Shown: piece after piece, positions 57,093 through 64,000 of the stretch
How the letters are laid out: each line of letters opens with the position of its first letter
Position numbering within the stretch: the stretch's first letter is position 1
NCBI GenBank assembly: GCA_004764695.1
Contig: SMSO01000031.1
Location: 3,324,436 to 3,388,435 of the forward strand
From: Schizochytrium sp. TIO01
Taxonomy: Eukaryota; Protista; Bigyra: Labyrinthulomycetes
DNA length: 64,000 bases
Direction: 5' to 3'
Program-made: the position numbers and the translations under genes
Notes under the pieces: model-generated
Database searches by the model: none
Seen by the model: only the letters and a program-made list of their open reading frames with translations
What the model was told of the DNA's origin: nothing

Positions 57093-58592
57093 TTAAGCCA
57101 TGTTGACATCCTTGGAAGGCTCGTTGGTGTAGTGCTGCTCAGCGGAGGTAGTGTCCTTGTCCTTGAAGACAGGGGATCCATGCTCGGAATGCTCGCCGAC
57201 GAAAGCAGCGCTGCCACCGTGCTCAGACACATCAAGACCGTTCTGCTCCCATTCAGGAGGCACACGGAGAAATCCGAGGAACTTGAGGGCAAAGAAGTAG
57301 GGGATCATGACACCACTGACCCATGCAAAGATAGCCAGGAGTCCGACGACCTGAATACGGAACTGAAGAGGTGTCTCCCAGCCACGGCAAGTCTCAGTGC
57401 TGGAGTAAGCAGAAGCAATAAACTCCGGGTTGGCAAAGGCGCCGGCGGCGAGCACACCCCAGCCTCCGCAAAATCCGTGCACAGCAATGGCATCGACGGG
57501 GTCATCAATCTTGCATACAAGGAGGATAAACTTGGAGGCGCCAATGTATACGAGAGCGGCAATGAATCCGATGACGACAGCGGCCCAGTCATCGACGACG
57601 CTGCATCCGGCAGTAATGGCAACAAGACCTCCAAGAGCGGAGTTGAGAGCGTATCCGATGTGGAAGTGACCCTCAATGAGGCGTCCAACAACAATCGAGG
57701 TAAGGACAGCGGTAGCAGGGCTGAGAGTGGTGGTGACGGCGACCTTGGATGCGTTGGGTCCATCGAATGCGAGCGTGGAACCACAGTTGAAACCGTACCA
57801 TCCGAACCAGAGGATGAAAACGCCGAGTGCCTGGACGGTAATGTTGTGGGGAGGGATGTCAATGGGCTTTCCATCGGAATCAAAGCGGCCAAGACGGGGT
57901 CCGAGGATGAAAGCACCCCAAAGAGCGGCAACACCTCCGGTCATGTGCACGACACCGGATCCAGCGAAATCGATCATGCCGCAGCCGCCCTCGTCAGCGA
58001 AGATTGAGTCGCTACGGTCGAACTGGAACATGGAGATCCAGCCACCGGTGGCCCAAATCCAGTGAGAGATCACAGGGTAAACAAAGGCGGTAAGCAAAGC
58101 AGCGGTGATGAAGTATGCTGTCAAGTTGATACGGCCAGCAACAGCTCCGGACACGATAGTGGCGGCAGTGGCAGCAAAGACGCACTGGAAAAACCAGAGG
58201 TCACGGGTCTCGTTGGTCTCCTGGTTGATGGCGTAGTTGCCAGAGCCAATGAAGCGGTATGAGCCAACGTTCGGGTCCGGAACGTCACCGTTGTACTCGA
58301 GGTTGTCGGTACCGTAGGCCCAGGCGTAACCGAGGAGGTAGTAGAAGAAGGCGCCGATGGAGATGGTGCCCATGTTCTTGAAGAGGATGTTTACAGCGTT
58401 CTTGTGCTGCACGGAGCCGGCCTCAAGCATGGTGAATCCAGCATGCATGAAGAACACAAGGATACCACCGATGACAACCCAGATCTGGTTGGCAGAAGCC
58501 TGTGTGACGAGAGCAAGATCGCCGTCAGAAAGCACAAGGCTTTCGAGCATGGCAATACGCTCCTGGAGCTCGGTCACGTTGACCGTGCTCAT
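57093..58592 (-). CDS. AMT1: AMT1-type ammonium transporter, copy B, intact, 499 aa
   Basis: All Amt motifs present, including twin His (GSGVVHMTGG, AIAVHG) and Phe gate. ACCATG start; very strong C-ending codon bias. Confidence 0.97.
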   Translation of the reverse strand: MSTVNVTELQERIAMLESLVLSDGDLALVTQASANQIWVVIGGILVFFMHAGFTMLEAGSVQHKNAVNILFKNMGTISIGAFFYYLLGYAWAYGTDNLEYNGDVPDPNVGSYRFIGSGNYAINQETNETRDLWFFQCVFAATAATIVSGAVAGRINLTAYFITAALLTAFVYPVISHWIWATGGWISMFQFDRSDSIFADEGGCGMIDFAGSGVVHMTGGVAALWGAFILGPRLGRFDSDGKPIDIPPHNITVQALGVFILWFGWYGFNCGSTLAFDGPNASKVAVTTTLSPATAVLTSIVVGRLIEGHFHIGYALNSALGGLVAITAGCSVVDDWAAVVIGFIAALVYIGASKFILLVCKIDDPVDAIAVHGFCGGWGVLAAGAFANPEFIASAYSSTETCRGWETPLQFRIQVVGLLAIFAWVSGVMIPYFFALKFLGFLRVPPEWEQNGLDVSEHGGSAAFVGEHSEHGSPVFKDKDTTSAEQHYTNEPSKDVNMA

Positions 58593-60927
58593 GGTGCTTG
58601 TTTGTTTGTTTGTTTGCTTGTTAACTTGTTCTGCCTGGTGTTTGCTCGCTATCGAGAGCGATCAGGAGTTCTTGGTTCTCCCACGGTCTCGGTCTGCTGG
58701 GCTGCGTGGCAGGCCAGACAGTTCCGGGTTTGCTGCGTTTGGGATTTGCTGCGGGTTTTGCTTGCCCAGGGTTTTCTTTGCTCTTCGGAATGGATTTCTT
58801 GCCTCAGAGGGGTTTGAGAGGACGCCAGACTTCAGTTGAGTGATTGATGAACTGATCTTAGCAATTTGTTCGTATGTTTGTTTGTTACTTTCTATACTAT
58901 CAATTCTTCTCCCATTTTAACATTAAAATCAAATTTTTATTTTAAAAAAAAAGTAAATCCAAGAAAGGTGTTTCTTCCACTCTCGTTCTCTATTCGCCCC
59001 ACTGACCTTCCTTTTGCATTCGCTCTCTCTCTCTCTACGTCTGTGCAACTCCTTCTCGCAAGTGTCCCCTCCGTCCTGCTTTCTTTTTCTTTACTCCCTC
59101 TACACAGAAGACTACAATTGATTTCTTCATCGCCTTACATTTCCATCTCTAATTCCCATTTATTTTGTTTAATCCTGGGCTATTATAATTATTCGAAGTT
59201 TTAATTTTCATTTGAATTTTAAAAAAAGTAACCCATCGATACATATATATATATATACTCCACAGGTGGCGCTGAAGAAACAAATGAATGGAAAAAACAA
59301 TTTAGCTTGAAAAAGGCGATCCTTCGAGGCAAGGAGGTCTTCAGAGGCAGGCTGAGGCACCCTCCCTCGCACTGCTCGGTTAAATAGCTACTAATCAGCA
59401 AGGCTTCACACACTGCGTCCTCAGCCGCAGATGCCTAAAACCTGCCTCACTGACTGACCGACTTTCTTTCTCATTCTCAGGGGATTTTCCGGAGAAACCA
59501 ACAGGAAAGGAGAGGATATTGAAATGTGCTGTTGCAGTAGCTACACTACCAGGTACTAGCTAGTATTAAAGTGCAAGCACGCACCCGCGAAGGCTTTTGC
59601 CTGAACGTACTTTTCTCACTTTTATTACCTATAGAAAAGTAACACCTTTCCACTATTAATTTTTTCAAAACAACGTTGTTTTGACTGATTGAAAAAATAA
59701 ATAAAAAGGTTTTTAATAAATTAATTTAAATTTAAAAAAAAAATGAAGAAGAAGAAAGATTACCCCTCGAACTATTTTTGAAAACCAGAGCATTTGGGAG
59801 ATATAGATTATTGTGGCACCAGATTTAGACGAAGAAACGCTTTCGAGGCGTGGGCTCTACTGAGAAGCCCTCTCTCTTTAGATGGGTCTGCTCGAGGCTT
59901 CGGCTGAAGATAGCGCTTATCATTGACTGACCCGAGTTAGAAAGAGCAGTTTGGAGAAAGAGAGCTCTCCTTCGTTGAGGCCTCGTCGTCGATACGAGTC
60001 ATTTTCCACGCGCCTCTCGTGCCTTAGGAATAGCTAGAACAAGTAACAACGCTGTTGCCCAAGAAGTGTTTCTCTTTTCAGGATCACATTTCACTGTTTC
60101 GCTCACCATGTAGGCCTTTGCTAGGCACCGGTAGGCCCAGCCCAACAGAAAGTGGGTGATATGAAAATATGTATATCGAGATGACCTTTTCTCTTTCAAA
60201 CAAAGAAACAAACAACAAAGAAACAAATAACAAAGAAACAAAGAAACAAATAAAGAAGTCTGATCTGATCTTGGAAAAAGAAGTCCTTCTTCTTTGCTTT
60301 CTGCTTTTTATTGGCCTTCTTAAGCGCTCCACGCATCGACGACCTGACTTCGAGGGACCGATACCGTGCGATTTCGAGGAGCTTCTTCGGCCAACGAGAG
60401 CAGACTCTGTGTCCTTCTGCGCGAGCGCCTGCGTTTGGCGCGCACAAAGCATGAACCTGATTGCTTGACCAAAACAACGCATTCGGCGCGAAGACCTTCG
60501 TCTCTGAGACAGTGAGTTAGCTCCTTTCATCATATATATTCCATCTGAAGAATATCTCTCTCTCCACGAAAACATATCAATTACTCTTAAAAGTTGATTT
60601 TTCAATTTTCATGAACATTTTTCCCTTTAAAACCGATGAAATCTATCTATACTTCAATTGAAGAAGCAGGCACTTGGAGTTCTTGCGCTTGTGGTTTTCC
60701 TGCCGTGGGATGGAGATAGAGTCCAGTTCCGTGGGCCCTAAGCAAGCTCAATTCACTTCACCAGAGGCCACTCGCGCCGTGGAGCAGCCTCGGAAAGCAC
60801 CAGAGCCTGCCTGTAACGAGGCTGCGAAGGGCAGCCCCGAAGCGGCTTGTCGTGTTTGCGCGTGCAGGCAGAATAAAGAAAGCTCCACCGATCTTCTGTG
60901 TGCCTGTCTGCAGCGGAGAAAGAACTC

Positions 60928-60958
<31 letters not shown>

Positions 60959-61326
60959 AGCCTTTCAATGACTCCTTCTCCGTTCATCGTCCTCCGTCGC
61001 TCTTTTTCTCTTTTTCTCTTTTTCTCTTTTTCTCTTGTTTTCCGTCTTTCTTCTTGCTTACTTATCTGTGGATGAAAAGGTAAACAAAATGGATGACTCG
61101 TTAAAGAAGCGAAGAAATCATACTGCCTCCTCTTTCCCTTTGAGCAACGAAAGAACATTCAGACGACCATCGATCGCTCAGGGAAAGCAGGAACGTCCCT
61201 CAACAGACACCCGCTCAACGTCCGCAATAGTGCTCGAAATGCCGATCCATCGCTACTTCGAAGGTTTCGGGCGAAAATTCGAGACCATTTATTCATCAGT
61301 GGCTACTCATCTGTGTCGATTGAATG

Positions 61327-61474
<148 letters not shown>

Positions 61475-64000
61475 TTGACTGAGCGATCGACTGATTTACA
61501 AGGTGTCTAGCGAGTTAACTCTCAAGCTCAGGCTTCCTTTGCGCTTATCTTCAAACATCGGAAAAGATCTTGCAATAGATAGAGATAGTTTCAAGGTTGT
61601 TTATCTTCTTCTATATATATATTTTAAAAAAATTATAAATTAAATTATATATATATAATATTTTAAAAGTTTTCAAAGAGAAACAGAAAGAGTAATCGTC
61701 CGCCATTTACAATAACTCTAGATCCAATGTTTTTCTGGCAAATCCATTGATCGATCTGCTTCGAGGGACGCAGAACTGCGGCCTTCCTTTCGCCAAGAAG
61801 GGCCTCTGCACTGCGCAGCAGCTTCGAAGGCCATGATCTGCTGCTGCCTCTGTGATCGTTGTAGTTCCTGGCGGGCTTGTCAGACTTTGTCTGTTTCTTT
61901 CCTCAGCAGATCACCTGCTTCCATTTGCGGCTGTTTCTCCCTCTGCTATCCCCAGCAATCAAGAAACAAAGCTAATCAAGGACAGCTAAGTGAGCCTAGA
62001 AGTGCTTCAGAAGAGCAATGTTTTTGTAAAATCCAGTTTAATTTTCAAAGATTTATATTTTAATTTTTAAAATAAATAAGGGCGAAACTTCAAACAAATG
62101 GGCTCTTAGCAGGTACTTTAACATAAAATAGAAACAGAATAGAGTAGGATCTAATTCTACGAAGGCGATGATTCGCAGAATCATCGAAGACTGCAGACTA
62201 TGCAAGCCGAGCCAGTTGGATTGAGGTTACGAAGTGCTTTACGGGGGTCTTCTCCGGTCCCTCCGTTGGTCTTTCTTTGGTTGTCGCAGGAAGGTCCACA
62301 GACTCGAGCGGCTCTGGAGCTTTCATCCCTTCTGGCCGCCTTCCCGCCGAGAGGCCGCAGTTTTTCCAGCCCCGTCACCCTTTCTAGTTTTTTTAAATTC
62401 TATTCTTTTCTTATTATACAGCTAACTACCTCTTTCCTCCTTCCTTCTTCCTCTTCCTTTTTCTCTCCTCTCTCTCTGTATATATGTAAAGATATGTATG
62501 TAATATTTATATTATATATATGTATATTTGTCCTGTAAACCAGTTTTCATTTGCGAGTTCTCGCTCCCTTTATCGGCCCTCCTTAGTCTGGAGAAGACCA
62601 GCTTGTTTGCTTGTTTGCCCGCCCTCCTTTCCTTTCCTGGCTTCTCTGATAAGAAGGTACTCTCGATTGGGCTGGCTGAGAGGCGACCACAGGGAATGCC
62701 TGCGAGGCGGAACAGACGTCCGAGACGCAAACAAGCCACTCTCGAGCGAGGAGACAGCGACACGATGGACATGTAACTTGCGGCTTTTGCCAGTTTATTA
62801 CTTTGGTAGGTAGCTGATTCTTGAAGAAGTTGTTCCACACTGAGTTTTTTCAAAGAAGAAAGATACCTTCCATTTCTCTCTCTCTCTCTCTCTCTCTGTC
62901 TCTAGGTACCGGTAGTTAGGCTTTTCTTTTCAAGAGCAACTCAAAGGCAATTACAAGTGCGCACTAGGAAGCACACGTCATTCATTACCGTATGTATTTG
63001 AATTCAAAGGCAATTCAAAATCAGCTGTACCCTGATTTGAAAATCGTCGCGTTGGAACCGATGGCGGCGGCTCTGGCGAGTAAATAATCTTGGGGAGCAT
63101 ATCTTCAAATGCGACGCAACTCTCGCCCGGGAAGGGCATGGTGCACAGCGGAGAGGAGGCTTGCCAGGAACACATCCTGCTGGTGGCAGCGTGGATGCGA
63201 GACAGGAGGGACTACACATCTTCTCAAAACCACACGCCGAACGGAGTGTGGCGCCGATGAGCACTTGAGGCAGGCTGGCAAGCCGCTGGAGCACGAGGCA
63301 AATTGATGAGCGCGGTGGACAAGAGCCAAGGTACCATCATTGTCAACTACAGTGTTCTCCTGGACTCCTACGCAAGGATGCAGGCAGGATATCGCTGGAA
63401 GATTGCTGCCAGCTCGGTCAAGACGTGTGAATTCAACAACTTGTGAAGAAGACAGCAGTGGACCCATATAATGGTCGTCTGTGAAATTTCGGCGTTGTGG
63501 CATCTAGAAGATTTCAGAAAGCGTGCAGCTATTTCAGCCTCCCTGGAGGGTCTCAAGATACGTGCTGTTTTCTCAGAATTGCGTTACCTCGAGTGATCGG
63601 ACCAGGTCCTGAGAGGACTTTAAGTTGGCGTAACTATCATGATGATCAGGGATCTTTAACGCCTACCGTTATAAACAATGGAAGAAACTCGGGAGTAGGC
63701 AGGTTTTCATTTACTCAGATCCCTCTGCCACTTTGAAGATATGTTACATCCAAAAGAGCTTCCCTCGCTCGCTCGATCTCTCTTGTCCACTCACTCACTC
63801 ACTCAATCAAACAATCAAACCACCCTAAGCCGTAAACAGAGTCAAATGAGCCCACCAATCAATTTCCATATCCGAGGCATCCAGATGACCAATCAGCTGC
63901 GCCAAATGTCATGACCACAATTTGGCTTCAATTCGGGCTTCGAAGGTATTACATCTGAGCCGACCGAGTAAAACGAGCATGCAAAATGCTCAGAAATTGC

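Noticed and set aside
57048-58007. 319-aa plus-strand ORF antisense to AMT copy B
   Set aside because: Mirror frame produced by strong codon bias of the sense gene; no protein motifs.

Overview
Eukaryotic nuclear DNA. It is intron-poor, with microsatellite-rich spacers and flagellar/basal-body genes. This style suggests a thraustochytrid/labyrinthulomycete stramenopile (Aurantiochytrium-like), which is inference only. About 17 protein genes are supportable: a TPR-like protein, CENP-N/Chl4, an IQ-C2H2-FHA protein, SDA1, two tandem BRI3/CYSTM-like Cys-rich membrane proteins, three orphan coiled-coil proteins (one split by a -1 frameshift and carrying a 75-bp repeat), a single-module ZPR1-like protein with a Tudor-like tail, TGS1 with an N-terminal Gemin6-like domain, a UPF0489/C5orf22 protein, a mitochondrial carrier, CEP78, an RIIa+EF-hand (RSP7-like) protein with one intron, and two tandem AMT1 ammonium transporters (one with a +1 frameshift). 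Spacers hold decayed gene relics (kinase, non-LTR retroelement) and compound microsatellites. The most notable observation is 34.3-39.4 kb: an apparent Gemin6-TGS1 fusion in one uninterrupted ORF, flanked by ZPR1-Tudor and C5orf22-like genes, i.e. a possible snRNP-biogenesis/splicing neighbourhood. All family calls come from motif recognition by eye; no database search was run.
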